A stretch of DNA of 64,000 nt from Tubiluchus corallicola (GCA_030141605.1 JAQGDQ010000419.1:62001-126000), one strand, 5' to 3'; counted from the stretch's first letter, positions 13,095-29,019 are shown. Numbers and translations are program-made. Notes: generated by a model not told the origin, from the sequence alone.

Positions 13095-16000
13095 GTCAGC
13101 TACCCTGTCAAAAAATGCACGAACAATTTTTGTTATTTCATTAATACACTAAAAGTAATTACAAATGGGGTACACTGTCAAGAAAAAATTAACCAATACT
13201 CGACAGCCCGATTGGACAGCTGAAGTTTATCAAAATTTAAAATTCGTGGTCAATTTTTAAGCATTGAAATTTCTTATTCAATTAGTAGGGTTTAAACGCT
13301 AGCTGACAACTTTATTACAGTTTTACAACATTTCCTGCATATCTTCCAAACATTTCACACCCAGCTGTAACCACAACATCGTTAATATATAATTTATATT
13401 GAAAACTTTTCCGAAAACTAGAGCGCGAATGACAAGTGGAAAATTTAACGTTATTGCGTTGAACGAAAAAAAAACAGGTTTTAATTAAACGACTTTTACA
13501 TGGCATTAATGCATGATTTGCATTTGGGACTCATTAAAATAAAAGAAGGAAAACCAGACATGTTCCTAACGAGATTCGAACTCAGGCCTTTTGAACGCCA
13601 GGAACTGGGGAATTTCAAATTCTTGTTTGGGAGAACTGTTATAAAGTAATAAATTAACCAAGAAGTAATTTCATTCAAATTTAACAAAACTCTCAAAACT
13701 TTACTGGGCTGTTATACAGTCGAATAAAACTAAAAACCGGACCTATATAAACAGTGTGCGTGTACCTGGTATAGTTTAGAAAGTCTTCACTTAGCTAGAA
13801 TACAAGACCTACAGCACTCATTAGCGCAATAGGAAAAAATACGAGCCTTCTTCATCAAGGTCATTACTAAGCACCCTGAAATATCGCCTTATATCGGAAA
13901 CTTGAAACTGTGACGTTTCTATCTAAATCCTACAGTTAAAAATTGACTTACAATTTCGACAACACCGTTTTGCACTAGATCCACATTAGACCTTAATACA
14001 TTCACGATTATAACAGTATCATATATATATTTAACGAACAGAACGCAGTACTTTCAAAAACTATAGCTTACATAGGTAGAACACAGAAAAATTCTATTTT
14101 TATAGCCAAATTATAGGCCTACGCAGGCAGCCGTAGAAAAACGTCTCAAATCTTCATTCAGTTACAGTAAATTGGCCACATTCCGCGGGAATTCAAACTA
14201 AGAATATCATTATCGGTAACTATAACTGCACAGCATAAAAACTTGTGTGAACGTAATTATAAAACTACCTGATAAGCAATTAAACGACAAAAACCTGCTT
14301 CTAGTTTTGTATTCATAACATGCTGATTGTATGAGTAATAGACTATCATACAGTACTTTAACGGTAAAGTTCGAAGCATTACAAAACAAACACTACTTTT
14401 ATTTACATTGAAATAATACCTGTGCCTGCTAGTAAAGTAGACTAATAGCAATGCACAAATACTGCACTAGCGGCAACATAAACAGCAACACAAGTTTTAA
14501 TAGTAAATCAGCATTTTATTTCGGCGTAAAATGTACTTTTATTGGTCTCGTGCGATCAAATAACAGAAGGTACACCGGAATGAGGGTAAAATGGCACAAG
14601 AAAAATGGCGTGGTAAATATTGTTTTTTGTCTGTTAGAGCAGTAAATCTATGACGAAAAATATGCTTAAAAGATTTCCACGGAATTGTTTTTTCCGATTT
14701 CCAAGATATTTGCTTTATGGAGAAGGCGGGTTATACGATGTCAAAACGGCCATTTTTAGCTCGTTCTTTTTTCGCAAAATTTCACCGAACAGTACAAAAT
14801 CATTCGTGAAGCACTTCATGGTGGTCTCAGAGGGAGCGTCTAGTACTTCTTTCTTTATTAGTTTCCTCCACCAGAACGAACAACTACAGGTTAGTTCCAG
14901 GTTCAATTTTGAGAAATTCTCGCTCAGAAACTGTGCAACGCTGTTTGTAACCATTTGCTTCTTAATGTATATTACCTTATAAGCTGACTTCGTATGTAAA
15001 TAGCTATACATAAATCAGTCTATCACACCGCCACAAATAAGGTTAGAAAAAATAGACAAACACTATGTGGAATATTCGTGCATTATTGACTATAATTCTA
15101 TTTCATTTAACAAACTACTCTGTGAGTCTTTTGCTAGCTATATAATACTATGCAGGTACATTTTTGTATGTTTGCTTGTTATTCTTTGTTTTACGTTTTT
15201 ATTCAAAGAATCAGATGAATAACTTTAACCTTGCTCGACTTTGGTAGAGATATGTTTCCTGCTAAGCGCATTCTAGTTTTATTACAGAAATCAAATACAT
15301 TAAAATAACCTGGGTCATTTTTTCCCTGTGCATATTTTACCTACTTTTCCATTTATACCATTCTGATTTTAATAATTATTGAAATTTGAGTTTTGTTTTG
15401 TCATGCAATTTTTTTAAAATATAGACTATGTTGATTTAGAGAACTAAAAACAAAAGTTTATCAAATCACTAGTCAGTAAATTTATTGCACGTATATTATA
15501 TGAAATATTAAATCTGCATGAAGTATTTTGAGTTCTAGCATGCAGTTTTGGCATTTAAAATGATTCCAATGCTTGTTTTTTTGCTTTTCATTGGATTTTA
15601 ATGTTGATTTGTTATTATTTTGTTTTGTTTTTTTTCACATGAAATACTGAAATAATATTCGAAATAACTCTGTTGCTTGGTTCTTTTTATATTTTAATGC
15701 TTGCATGCATTATTGCAATTACGTTTCATTTGTTTTTTTACGTTGATGTTATTTTGAATTGTTATGATTTTTTTTGCCTGAACTTTATTTTCGTTAAGTT
15801 TTTTTAAGTATGCAACTGTTGTGATTCTTTTCATTTTAAAGTTTTCTTTAAAAGTATGCATAGTAGCAATAGCCACCTTAACATGGGATGACAGCAGTGA
15901 TGATCATATGGTCCTTTCTGTCATTCCATCTAAGAAGTTGTATCTAAAAGTTGTTGTTGCTTTTATTTGTGATCTCTAAAGAGACAGTAAACTATTGTAC

Positions 16001-17141
16001 AAGTTTTCTATTTGTACCATTTTTACCTGTGGTATTTTACGGCGCACTGGTACATAAATATAAAAATGCACAAAAACTACAGATTAAATGAGACTCCTAG
16101 CAAGAACTTATTTTAGCACTGCTACTCAGCCACTTAGCAGGCTGCATTACAGTAATTACGAAATACAAAGTACATACAAAAAATGTAATTAATTATGAAT
16201 ATGAATACTTGCAGGATAAACCAGACATTTTATCAAAAATGAATGCCCTTTTACAAAATCTTATTGGTCTTTTTTAAACAAATACGTGTCTGCTATTAAC
16301 TACAGAGTCGCTGTAAACAAGCTAAATTAATGCACTCAAGAAATTAAATATTTTTAGTTTGAAATAATTATGGTGCGTTATACCCTAGTTTCAACGGTAA
16401 ATCATTGTTATTGCCTTTTCGTTTTGGGCCAATTAAACTTCTTGTCATTGTACCCTCATATTTTGAAAACCAAGCAAATTTCATAGCCCAATGAAACTTT
16501 AAATACTCTGACATTTCAGAAATGTAAGAACGATTCGCCCCCCCCCCAAATAAGAATTTTTACACGAATCGGATATAGAGATTACCCACAATACATATTT
16601 TGCTGTTATTCTAGAATCTAGAAGAACTATGGCTGTTGTTGGACTAACACCCACTACTACTCTACCTCTGCCCTGGCAAAGCGTACACAAAAAAGGTCAA
16701 GTAATTAATGCTAATCAGTTCTTACACAATAAGCTCTTTTAATCAGCCATTCACTGATAACAATGAGGGCAAATGAACCTTTTGCTATATTACACGCGTC
16801 TGCTGTACCTCCAATCACAATGGTACAGTAGTAAAACAAGTCGCGTGCTGCAGCTACTGTATTGTTCTGAATCAGAGTAGGCAAATAAGTCCAAATAATA
16901 CAGCACGTTGTTATAACTTATAAGTATAACGTATTATTTAGTATTTTTACACGTAATCAGTTCAGTGCAGGTTATATAATTAACTAGTACAGTCATAATA
17001 ATTTTATAAACAACTATAATTACACAACCGTCTAGGTAAATCCACTTTATGAGTTTGTAGACACGTAAACTAAATTAACATGTCACCTATTAGCAAATCA
17101 ATATAGATGAGTAAAAAGAAAACTAGAATCTACACACTTAC

Positions 17142-19200
17142 CTACAAATCAGCAAGGGTGTAATAATAACTACAAGCTACTCCAGTTCCCGTACTGCGCC
17201 TGCAAATACTATGTCGATTAACACTTCACTCATATACAACATTAATCACGAAGTTACCATGTTGAACACATGCTATTACAATCACATTTACAGGAGACAA
17301 AACTAAATCCAGCACAGAAAATCTTACATGATCACATTCCATGGCCTGCTGTCTGACTGTGATGTAACTGTAACACGGTCACGCACGAGAGCACCGCCCC
17401 TTTTACCTGTAACTTTCTAAGCATAAGCGCAGTTGGCCGTGTACGCTAGAGCCTGTCAGGAAGCTGCAGCAGCGCTTGTCTAATCAAGGAGGAGGCGGTA
17501 TCATTCTGATCTCCCGCCATTAAACTATAAAAATCCTGCACAATATTTTTACAGAAATAAGAAACACGACCTTTGAGATTTTCAATGCACTACTAAAAGG
17601 CACCAATTGTGAATAATAATTTTTATAATAAATATTACTATCCTGATTTGTGAAATTCATCCAATAAATATTTCTTGGATATTGGTTTTTGGATAGTTTA
17701 CAATAATCCACGACTATCGATAAAGTATGGAACACAAATATCAGTAATAGCACAAATAGACACGAAAAAAATCTATTTAACTATTGTACATAATAATAGC
17801 TAGTTGTACGTTTTATAACTAAAATAAGCCCTTAGAATATTATGTAAGCACATTGCCTACTTTAATGTTTTGCGAGATGTACATGTAAGCCGTCGGTACG
17901 GCTTTCTCACCTTTCTGCAATAATTTTCCTATAATCAGTCACTGTTTACAAGTCTTGGAAAATCAGAATTTCCCAATGCATTACAAACTTGAAGATTCAT
18001 GATAATATTAATTTAAATAATTTCTCAAAATTGTACTCAACAAGTGGCCTGCACGTTTTGCATGTGTAACTTGTGTGACAGTAGCGTTGCTTGTCTAAGG
18101 ATGCTGAAAATAAAGTACATTGTAACCGTTCAAGCAAGATCATGAAATTGTTGCAAGACTTGGAACTGTCTTATATAATTAAGGTGGAGTGTAAACAACA
18201 GTATGAAATATAAAATTTTTGAACTTTTCTTTTCAGTAATGATCTTCTTTACATCATACTTACAATGTGCAGTACATCTATAAACTTAGTGTAAGTATTT
18301 TTAATACTGCATGGCATTGAATGATTATGGCCATTGGATGATTATTGGACTTGCAGCCGCAAGAAAATCGAAGATTCCATATTGGGAACTAAATCTTTGA
18401 GCATATCCTTTCAGTCTTTAATGTTACTCATGTGGTTACTTTTAGTTATTCATCCATGTGTTACAAGTATAATAATAAGCATTTAATAGAAATAAGAATG
18501 TCCATGTGTGTTCTACAGCTAAATAAGGGATGGTACAAAATGGGATACAAAAACAATGGGTAACTCGGAAATATTTATTCAAAGTATTGTTCAATCACAG
18601 AGAATCTATCATTTCCTCAGTATTTGATGTAGAGCCCTTGTGTGGCTCTGATATAAATCTGCCTCTAATTTTTTGAGGATTCGACCAAAGCAGTGATTTC
18701 AGCAGCTGGAAATCATGCTAACCTGAAAAGCTTATAATTATGTGCAATCTAAAATACCAATCAATGGCATTATATTCTTGGATCATCTTGATTGTCTTCC
18801 ACTTTGTCTTTCGGGATGGCTCCATGATCCAATGAAAAAAATAGACCACAGCATGATCTGACTTGTTGCTGGTGGTAGGGAGAAGTGAGAAAAATCAATT
18901 TAAGCGTGAGTCGCGAAGAAAAGCCGTAATTACTACAATAGGATTCGCAATTATAAGTGTATTGCAAGTAGCCACCGCGAAATTGTCGAATTACCTTGTC
19001 GTTATGTTAAATATTTTTCAGTCATTTATTGTGCTAATATACACAACCCGTATAATGTTTTAGATACACTATATCGAAATATGTAGTATGGATGTTACAG
19101 CCTTTTCTAATTTATTTATAACTAGCATTTTAGGATAGGGTAAAATTTGTAAAATTGCTAGGTAAGCCTTTTCGTATTTTGTTTTACCGCCATTTTGAGC
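17142..19200. promoter_or_regulatory. Probable divergent promoter region and non-coding first exons of latrophilin (-) and STAG (+)
   Basis: Genes are head-to-head. Strong outward-facing donors AG|GTAAGT (minus, 17141) and AG|GTAAGC (plus, 19162), locally CpG-richer patches near 17340-17520 and 18900-19000, and a YY1-type CCGCCATTTT at 19187-19196. Inference only. Confidence 0.35.
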
Positions 19201-19667
19201 AATAAATATGCTTCTGGCATAAGGCGTCTTGATCACTTTCTGTATGTGTGTTATAGCATTTTTATTTATCATTTAGGAGAAAGGAAAAGGGCAAGATAAC
19301 AAGTTTTTGTATTAAATTTTACAAACCTGTAAAGTTGCAAAACAGTTCAATAGTAAGAGTTGTTCAAACAAGAAGTAGCGGACCGGGTGGAGAACTGTTA
19401 GTTCGCACACCCAAGCTAAGCAGTGTCCATAAGTCATGCATTTTTTGCATTTCAGAGATTTTTGTAAATGGTTAATTTTTCAGTGCTACAATTTCAACTT
19501 TCGGTCCTACTTTCACGATTAATTAACATTAATGGTTTTCCAATTATGATTTGGTTATGTTGCAATGTTCTGGTGTGTGGTATTGTTGTATGTTGCTTGT
19601 TTTGACCCTGGCTTAACCGACTATTCCCATTGTTGCATGACCACGAATTTGTAAATCTCATTGTAAA

Positions 19668-20328
19668 TAAGGATACACCAAAATTCGGAAACGAGCGGAT
19701 TTCGGTTCGTTTCCATTGTAGAAATAAAAATCGGTAAAGTTTTGTTTCGGCAAAATTTTTTTCTAAGAAATTCTGCTGAAATTTTGCAAAATTTAGTTTC
19801 GATTTGGTTTGTTGAAATATATTCGGTCTCGACCGGTAAAAATTCGTCTTTATGATTCGTCATTTTTGTCCAATGAACACCGCCATTAAATAATACAACT
19901 AAGCCTGGCAAGAGCAACGAACAATTTTTCAACAAAACTGTTTGCGCTTGGCGGCCTGGCAACTTGAACTAGCTCATGAAATTTTGCCATTTAGGGTGAT
20001 GCACCTGGATGCCGTGAAGTTGTTCATTTGTTGACATCTTTATTTTTACAATGTACGTACATGTGGTTTTCTTGTTAATTTTGCAGAAGAAATTGTGAAT
20101 TTTGCGTAAATTATAATTATTGTCAACACTGTTCAATGAATTTCGTATAACCATGTCAAGCGCCGGTAAATGATGCTGATCAAATGCAAGCATGTGAGAT
20201 TTCTTGTTTGTGAAATGTGAAATTCGGTTTCGGCAAAATAAAATTGTAGAAATTCGGTTCAGCCAAAAAAGGTTTGACAAATTCGGTACCGGCTGGGTTC
20301 GGTAAAATCGGGTTTTGGTGCATCCCTA
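19668..20328. mobile_element. hAT-like MITE (TAGGGATGCACC-type TIR)
   Basis: taaggatacaccaaaa...ttttggtgcatcccta, with subterminal ttcgg repeats at both ends; TSD not recognisable. Confidence 0.65.
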
Positions 20329-20724
20329 CCTCGTAGTAATGAGTGAGTGTAAACTTTTTGTGAAATAGCATTTTGATGCTTCTCTGACAATTGGATTAAT
20401 TTAATGTATGCTGTAAACATTACAGTTTTGGATAACTGAGGCATCACTAACTGCATACGTAGATTCTCAAAGGATACAAGGTTTCACTAATATGGTGATG
20501 ATATAAGATTGGCAAGCTTAGTTTACCTGTCTCAGAGTCTCGTGTACAGCAACTTCTGCCTGTCCTCGGGCAAATTTATCGGCATTTCGAGGAGGTTGTT
20601 TGTTAAATTTGTGCCCTGTCATAATAGTACTGACGGACATAACACCAGGATTGCTTTAACAAATTTAAACGTAAATGCACTTCTCTGTAAATTATTGGTG
20701 ATTACTTTCAGATAATCGTAAGCT

Positions 20725-23700
20725 ATGCCGGAATTACGGTCTGCTACAGCTGTGATGCAGCAGCCGACATACGGCTTGGATCCTTCACAGACTTCCCATG
20801 TACAAGTTGATGAGTCGGAGGAATATATGCATCATGAACAGTAATTATCTTTGCTAGTCGATAGATATTTACGGTTTGAGTATAACTGCCAGTTGTAAAG
20901 TAACTACTATTACTGAGATGTCAACACTGGTAATTTAGTGATATAAACGGAGATGTGTGATATAATGTCGGTACATTAAACTCCCGTCTCCAACTCCGAC
21001 TCCTAGAATTATAGAAGATTCAGTTCCGACTCTGACATAGTCTCCTAAAATTTTAGAAGATCTAACTACGAGCCTGACTCCTGAAGTTTTGGAAGCTGCA
21101 ACTCCGGCTCTGACTCCTGCCTTTAGATAACAGTTTGTAGTACTATCAATATATAGCTACAGTAGCATTTCATCTCTATCAAGTGAATCATCACGCTACT
21201 TCTTGTGCTCAAATTCTCTGAAAGCTATGTGCAAAAATAAATACATAATGTCAATATTTTTAAGAACAACAAAAAAAAAAACGAGGAGATAATGCTGTGT
21301 CACACATTGCTTACAACCGCTTCATAGTCGAACGCGACACCAAAACAGTTGTAGAGCACTTATTTCTTTAAAATCATTAGTGTCACAATTTATGCATCTT
21401 ATTGAAAAGACTTACTCCCATGTATAAGAGACCCCCTATTTTTAAAGTGAAAATTCTGAGCAAAAAAGGGTCTCTTATACACGGGAAAATACGGTATCTA
21501 GCAACGGGTTGTAATTGCCGAGGGTAAGAAGTGGAAACCTAAAGCGTAACAATCGGCAGTTTACTTTTGCTGATATAATTTACTTCACGTAACTTAATAT
21601 ACATGGAGTTTGTCTGTTTTTACCTACTCCAACAACGACTCCTCTAACAATGATTGTACTCCCGAGTCACTATTCCAAAACCCTAATTTTTGACAACTCT
21701 GACTCTTTTAAATAGATTTACTGCCGACTTTACAATCCTGGATATATAAATATTTATTAATGTACTACTTTTTGTTTTTGTTTCATGTTTTTGCGCACTA
21801 GTTGACTAAATAAATTGTAATTTTTTGTCAGTTAATAATCCGTCTAAAGTTGTTACAATAATGAAGTTTATTACTTTAAATCAGATCGTTATATATTCAA
21901 ACAGTTGTTAGGTAAATTAAAGTTTTAATTTTTTTATTTGCATCTCAAGTTTGAAAAATTAGACAAGGTAATAAAGGGAGATCGTATGTGATTGCAATTA
22001 GCTAACTGATACTAACAGAAACTAGTGCACTGAAAGTTGTGTGTATTCTAATTATTGATTTTTTAGTCTACAGATGCAACCTGAAGGAATAATGAGTCCG
22101 GTTCCTAATCCGGAAGACGTTGATTTCCAAGAAGAACAACATGGGCGGGGTAGACGTAGAAAGGCTCAAGTTCCACCCCCCGCTGAGGTGGAAGTAGCGA
22201 AGCGACCTCGAGGGGGCGGTCGTGCACCTACCAAAAGAGCAGGGCGTCCTCTGATTGATGAAAATGCTGGTTTGTTTGAGGTTGTTAAACATGGACGAAG
22301 TGCTTTGCAGGTAATCTTGTTAGGTTGCTTAAATAAGAAGTAACTGATAAGGTAGTTTGCACAGAATTTATCCCACGGAAGATTTTTTATAACTTCTAAT
22401 TAGCTGCTAATGACTGTTGTTAAAAGTTTTTACTTAGATTTATTTATTTTTTAATGCATTCTGTATCTCGCTTAAAAAATAAAAATCTCATTGGCATCTC
22501 AGTTCATTAGTTCTACACGACATGCTTTAAGATTACAGGTGTAGTAAAATTTTCCTAATTTTTCATGAATATTTGATGTCTAATTTCCATCACAAAGCCG
22601 TTATGTCATATCCCAGTATGGTTTAATAGAAATTTGCTAACCCTAGGAGAGTAAGTGCTATATGTTCTTTGAGCTCGTAAGTTGTTATATTGCATGCGCA
22701 TGTTGGAACCTGACACAAATAATGGCTTAATGAACTTATTCATAACAGCATAGATGATTGTTCTTGATAATTAGTTGGGTTCTGGTCCTACAACAATTAT
22801 AATAATAGGTAATCCTATGTTAAATGCTGTAATATAATAATAATAATTTGGTTTAGGACGTAGTCCAGGGACAACACCCATTTAACTTATTACTTGCATG
22901 TTTCTTGGATAAGTCTGCTACTTTGGTTAAAAAGCCAGCAGTACCTTTTTTAAGTCTTTGGTATGACTCAGCCAGGAATTGAACCCGTGACTTCCCGGAA
23001 TGGGGAGCTTGCATGCTACCAATGAGCTATGCCACCCGCTCATATTGGCCTTGGAGTGTTAAAGTATAAAAAATTAAAAAAAATGATTGAATAGACTGGA
23101 ATAACCATCCACAATATGAACTGTTTTTTATTAATGATGCGAGGTAATTATGTTTTAGTCATTAGTGGATGACTGGATAGAAAGATACAAAACGGACAAG
23201 GATCCTGCGTTGCTGGAATTGATGCAATTCTTCATCCGGTCGTCGGGTTGCAAGGGGGTCATTACTCCGGAGATGCAGGAGACGCTGCAACATGCTCAGA
23301 TCATCCGCAGAATGACGGAAGAGTTTGACGAGGTGAGCATGGAATTACTTACTGCTCTTTCTTGACTTGTTACTAATTTGTTACTAATTAAGGTCGGTAT
23401 TGTTGGCTCAATTCGAATTATTTGTTACTGTTTTATTTCCATGATTCGACAAGAAAGCTACTTAAAGGAAAATCAAATGATTGATTAGACTCAACCTCAT
23501 TTTAATTTACATATACATTTCCAAAATGTACATTTTCTTGTCTCTAAATGTTTGTGCAATGGCAGGCATCTTCTCTGTGTGTCAAGCACGTTTGTGTAAA
23601 CGAAGGTTGCTGTAAGGCACTGATGTGATGTAACAAAAAAACTCTACATCACAGATGAACACAGATGGGAATTTGACAATAAGCAATCTAGAAAACGATT

Positions 23701-26700
23701 AATTGTTGCATTTATGCCTCATCTGGTCTTTACTTTGGACAACTAATAGAGCTCATGCCATTGTTCTGCTCTTGAACCCACTATCAAACTTAAACCGTAA
23801 TGTGGAGTAGAAAGATAGCATTTCATATGAAGTAAACTAAAAGCTGGATTTTTTTGTTATTTTTGATTGTCTGCTGTTTTGTGTCTTATAGGACAGTGGA
23901 GATTATCCATTAATCATGACTGGACCAACGTGGAAGAAATTTCGTACAAGTTTTTGCGAGTTTGTACAGGTTCTGGTGCGGCAGTGTCAGTACAGCATCA
24001 TTTATGATCAGTATCTGATGGATAATGTTATTTCTTTACTCACCGGCCTGTCTGATTCACAAGTGCGGGCATTCCGACATACGAGCACGTTAGCTGGTGA
24101 GCGCTACATCGTAAAAATGTGTTCTTACGTTTTGAGTTTATCGTTATAAATAGTTCTGCCTTTGTGTATTATTTGTGCATTTACAATCTGTGAATGAATC
24201 ATATTATTCATGTTTTCTTGTCTAACAATCAAGAATAGTTGTAATTAAAACATTCTCTGGCATCAAACTTTAATTGCATTCGTGTCTATGTGGGTAGTAT
24301 TAATTGATTATGCAATAATTTGAGTGCATTGTTGTGATTTCATTAGCTCTGCATTTTTAACAGTTGCCATGATTTTGAGTTTTTCATTCATATTGATGGT
24401 ATAGCTTTCTTGGCAATTGTGCTATTTTACTAACAGAGACTTTGCTGCTCTTGAGAAAACATTGTAGTAGTGTCAGTTTGATGATTTGATTGCAATTACA
24501 GTAATGAAGTTGATGTCAGCATTGGTGGACGTTGCTCTTAGTCTTAGTGTGAACAGAGATTTTACTCAGCGTCAGTACGAAGCGGAGCGTCAAAAAAGCC
24601 AAAACAAGCGAGCGACGGAGCGGCTGGAGATTTTAATGGCAAAGCGGCGGGAGGTTTGTAGCTTCTTCATTGTGTTTCTCGCATTGAAGAATGATGCGCG
24701 TATTTGATATTTTACGTGTTTGAAGTGAAATACTGCGTTAGTTATGAATTTTTGTATTTTTAGCTGGAAGAAAATACTGAAGAAATAAAGAATATGTTGA
24801 CTTACATGTTCAAATCAGTCTTCGTACATCGCTATAGGTATGCTAATTTTTGTTTTCTTGACTCTAAATTGCTTTAAATGTGTTGCATTTAATTCATTTT
24901 GGTCGAGAAAGCGTGTTTAGTTTGTAAGTGTCATCAGCTGAATAACGAATGTTTTCTAAAACGTCTGCTGTATAAACTGGGTCTGTTTTGCTTTAAATAA
25001 TGTTTTTAATTGCTTCAGGGACACACTGCCAGACATTAGAGCTATATGCTTGGGAGAGATTGGATTTTGGATGAAGAAGTTTCCTAACATGTTTCTTGAT
25101 GACGGTTATCTCAAATACATCGGTTGGACACTTCACGATAAGGTCGGTTCTCCTGTTTCGACACTAGAATTTTTTCTCATTGCATTCTAAATAATGTAAA
25201 AATAAATGTGATTGTTGTTGATTGTTTGTAAGTGTTTTTCATCGCCATGTTAAATAATGTTTTCTGAATGTCTGATTTCTTGATAGGTTGGTGATGTGAG
25301 GCTCAAGTGTTTGAATTCTCTTATCCCCCTGTATGAAACAGATGAACTTGCACCAAAAATGGAACTCTTTACCAACAAGTTCAAGGTTTGTTGTTGTGAA
25401 TGACTTTTCTACGAGTTGACGATTGTTTACTATGTTTAACTGTGTAGATTTTACAAGCTTGGTCGTTTTAGCGGAGTGGTGAGCTTAATTTACTGCTGTT
25501 AGCCAACTTTGCTCCGTTAGGTTTTGTTCAGTAGGTTTCCAGTAATGTTCCGTTACAGTTGCCTTGACTAAAATGTTTTTTGTCATCTCTTGTATACTGA
25601 GTTTATGATTTTAAGTGCTTCTATTGTTGGAGCATTATAGTTGAATAAAGAATCGTGGTGATAATGATAATACAGTCATACCTCCATTGTCGAACGTCTC
25701 CGTACTCGTACAAATCTGTTTTCAACCAGAAAATTCGAGTTGAAATTGTCTCCGTTCTAGACCAGAATTTCGGTACTTAACCAACCGCCAAACACGTGGT
25801 GAACGCACGCGCGGCGAGCAGAGCCGAGCGTGATCGACTGCACCTGAGAGTAGTGACGCACAACATTTGAATCGCCTAACATCGCTAAATGCTTTCTATG
25901 CTTATTTTTCTTCGCTTTTTCCGTGCAGGAATAATTATGTTTTTCTTTCAAAGTAATTCTATTATGTTTTTCTTACCAATTATATCATATCTACTGTTTG
26001 AATAAACATTTTTGCATTATTATATTTTGTTTTACTACATTTGGTACAGTTCATTTGGTGCTTGAGAACGGATTATTTGGTTTTACATTATTTTGTTATG
26101 AGAATAAATGATTCGGTACTCAACCAAAGCGGTTTTCAAGCTTTTTTAAGAACAAATTGTGGTCAAAAACAGAGGTACTATTGTAATAAGAACAACAACG
26201 ATTGTTTAAGTAAAGTCGTCAGATGAGTAATTAACAGAAGCTCAAAGAGCTTTTTGCCGACTGTAAATAGCAATTTTAGAATTGAATAGCAGAAAGTATT
26301 GTTACCTTGCTTTTGCAGTAAATATTATGCACCAGGCAGGGAAGGAGCTACCATTTTTAAGTCTTTGGTATGACCCAGCCTTAGTATCGAACTCATTACT
26401 TCCCAGAGGGAAAGCTGACACGTTACCAACTAGATTATATTGTCTGGTAATTGTCTATACCATCTGATGCAGGGCTGTTTTCTCAAAATTGTTATATAGA
26501 TTGTTGGAGTCTTAAATATGTAGTGTATTTAATGTATTTACTTGTGGTTTCAGGATAGAATTGTATCTATGACGTTGGATAAGGAATATGACGTAGCTGT
26601 GCAGGGAGTCAAACTTGTCATTGCTATTCAAAAGTAAGAGAAGCATTTAGTTTTATACAAATAAGTGATTTATTTCTGAGGTATCACAATCTAATTAGAG

Positions 26701-28949
26701 TAAATGAATTATCACTGGCATCGTAGTTAGCCATTGTTATCAAACCGTCATAACTTTTCTAAAATTCTTATCGATAATGGCAAATGAGTTTTGTAAAAAA
26801 GTTCAGGAACTGCACAGCAGTTGATGGTTTATTAACCCGTTCCATGAGCAGGTTACTGGTATTGAACATGTTCAGTAAATTTCACTTGGTGCTGATAGCC
26901 TTCATAAGAGCTGTCTGTATTCAGGTGCCTAACTCTTTTCCAATAGAATTCTTATGAAAATGTTGTAAAATATTTACAGAATTATTCCTAGTGTTATGAA
27001 ACGGTGATTAAATTGATAATATATGAAAGTATTATAGAATAAATGGTTTTCTAGTTAAGAAACAGACATAGTTTCAATGTAAGAGTTAATATAAACATAA
27101 TAAGACAGTTTTGTTTAGTTTATGCTTGAATTATTGATTGAATATTGGACAAGATGTGTAACAGATGTACAAAGAGTGTTTTGTGTGTTATTACTAAACA
27201 AATGTCTCATAATAAAAAGGCTGACATAAGATGGCAGACACTGACTGCATTCATTATTTACCGTTTAATGTCACATGGTCTGCTAAGAAATGCAGTTTTG
27301 TGAGATTAGCTGGGGCAGATGCTTTTGTTTTATACAGAGTAATGTAATTATAATACTTATTAAACATGTTCTGTGATTCTGCTTTTGTCTAGGCACCACA
27401 AAGAAGTGTTGAATGATAAAGACTGCGAACACGTGTACGAGTTGGTTTACTCATCTCACAGACAGGTGGCGCAAGCGGCCGGTGAATTCTTGAACGAGAA
27501 ACTGTTCATCATTGACGAAGACCTGCCGGTGACGAAGTCGAAGCGCGGAAAGAAGCGAAGTCGCCATACTCAGCTCGTGAGAGACTTGGTTCAGTTTTTC
27601 ATCGAATCCGAGGTAAATTTCTATGAGCTTAATCCATGATTCATTTCAAAACAATTGATTGATTTCATCGTAATCACGTTAATTGAAACATAAAACGAAA
27701 TGCAAATATATAGTCAGGTGTAAGAAACAATTGTGCGAAAATGATTGCTTTTATTTAAAGAAAATAATACAGGGGCACCTAACAAGGCGTGGCTTATGGA
27801 AGGACACCCTTCAGTTACTTTATAAGAATTTTAGAGATTTTAAAGTGTTAGTTTTTAGAAAACAATTATTTATTGGCCTTGTCTTTTTTAATTTACTGTG
27901 TCTTTTAACAATTGTTAATTGTTATCTCATGCTGCTTTCTGTCAAAAAATCAATAAATAAACACGTTTAGGTAAAACACTGCTATTAAATAATTAATTGC
28001 TTAATAGCTTTCAATGAAATCAAATCGCAAAAATTCTAGGGTTGAATGTGAAAGCTGTGTCAAGGAATTACAGGACATTGACTCGATCAAAAATCGATAA
28101 TCTGTTTTTTGTTATTTATCAAAAACTGGGTAAGATGACTTTGAAGAGAGGCTGCAATCCTACGGACCTTCCTCTTGCTATATTAGATATATCTTACAGT
28201 ATTTAGATATGATAAAAGTTTAGCTCACGATTTTGTTTGCAAAAATTGTAGTATCAGTTCTAAGTGTTTGATAATGATTTGCTTACTGAACTTTTTGTTT
28301 TAGCTACACGAGCACGGCGCATATTTAGTCGACAGTTTAATTGACACTAATCCAATGATGAAGGATTGGGAATGCATGACGGATCTCTTGCTGGAAGAAC
28401 CGGGCAAGGGAGAGGAAGGTACGCATTCATGTTGATGGTCAATGAGAATGGAAATACTTGTAATTATCGCCGGAAAAACTTCTCTAGTATATGTTGCTTC
28501 ATGGAGTGTTTGAAAATATTTCACTTATTTTTGCTGGGTATAGTATTATTCGGCAATGTGGTGTTTGTAAAACTGATACAGCTTGTTTTGCCGACACTCA
28601 TAGTATTATGTTAGTTTACTTGAGCAGGAATAATGGGTACTCCAACTTCATCTAATCTAAACGAAAACGAGTGTTTTATTTAAGGCATTACCTTTTTAAC
28701 GTTATCAAAAGTTTCGTTTTTAATATTCAGTACTATGGCTAAAAGTCCAAAAATAGTACAATGTAGATGTAAGCTCGGTTTCAAAAAATTGTAGAGGTAA
28801 AAACTCAACATTAAACACTATTTACCTAAATTCATAGAAACAGAAGCCCACACACAGAAGTAATGTCGAGTAAAATATTAATTTTGGATTTGCAAGTTAA
28901 TGAGTTAACCACATTACATACCATCCCTCCCTCTCTTTTTATCACTACA

Positions 28950-29019
<70 letters not shown>

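Noticed and set aside
14650-15011. Overlapping about 100-aa ORFs on both strands
   Set aside because: No recognisable domain or fit to the gene models; probably decayed transposon-derived sequence.
18230-18860. Possible box C/D snoRNAs between the divergent genes
   Set aside because: Scattered TGAT/CTGA words without a convincing C box, D box and terminal stem; an Infernal/Rfam scan would be needed.
22975-23035. tRNA gene
   Set aside because: Has a B-box-like motif but no convincing cloverleaf, and a diverged second copy shares non-tRNA flank, consistent with a SINE.
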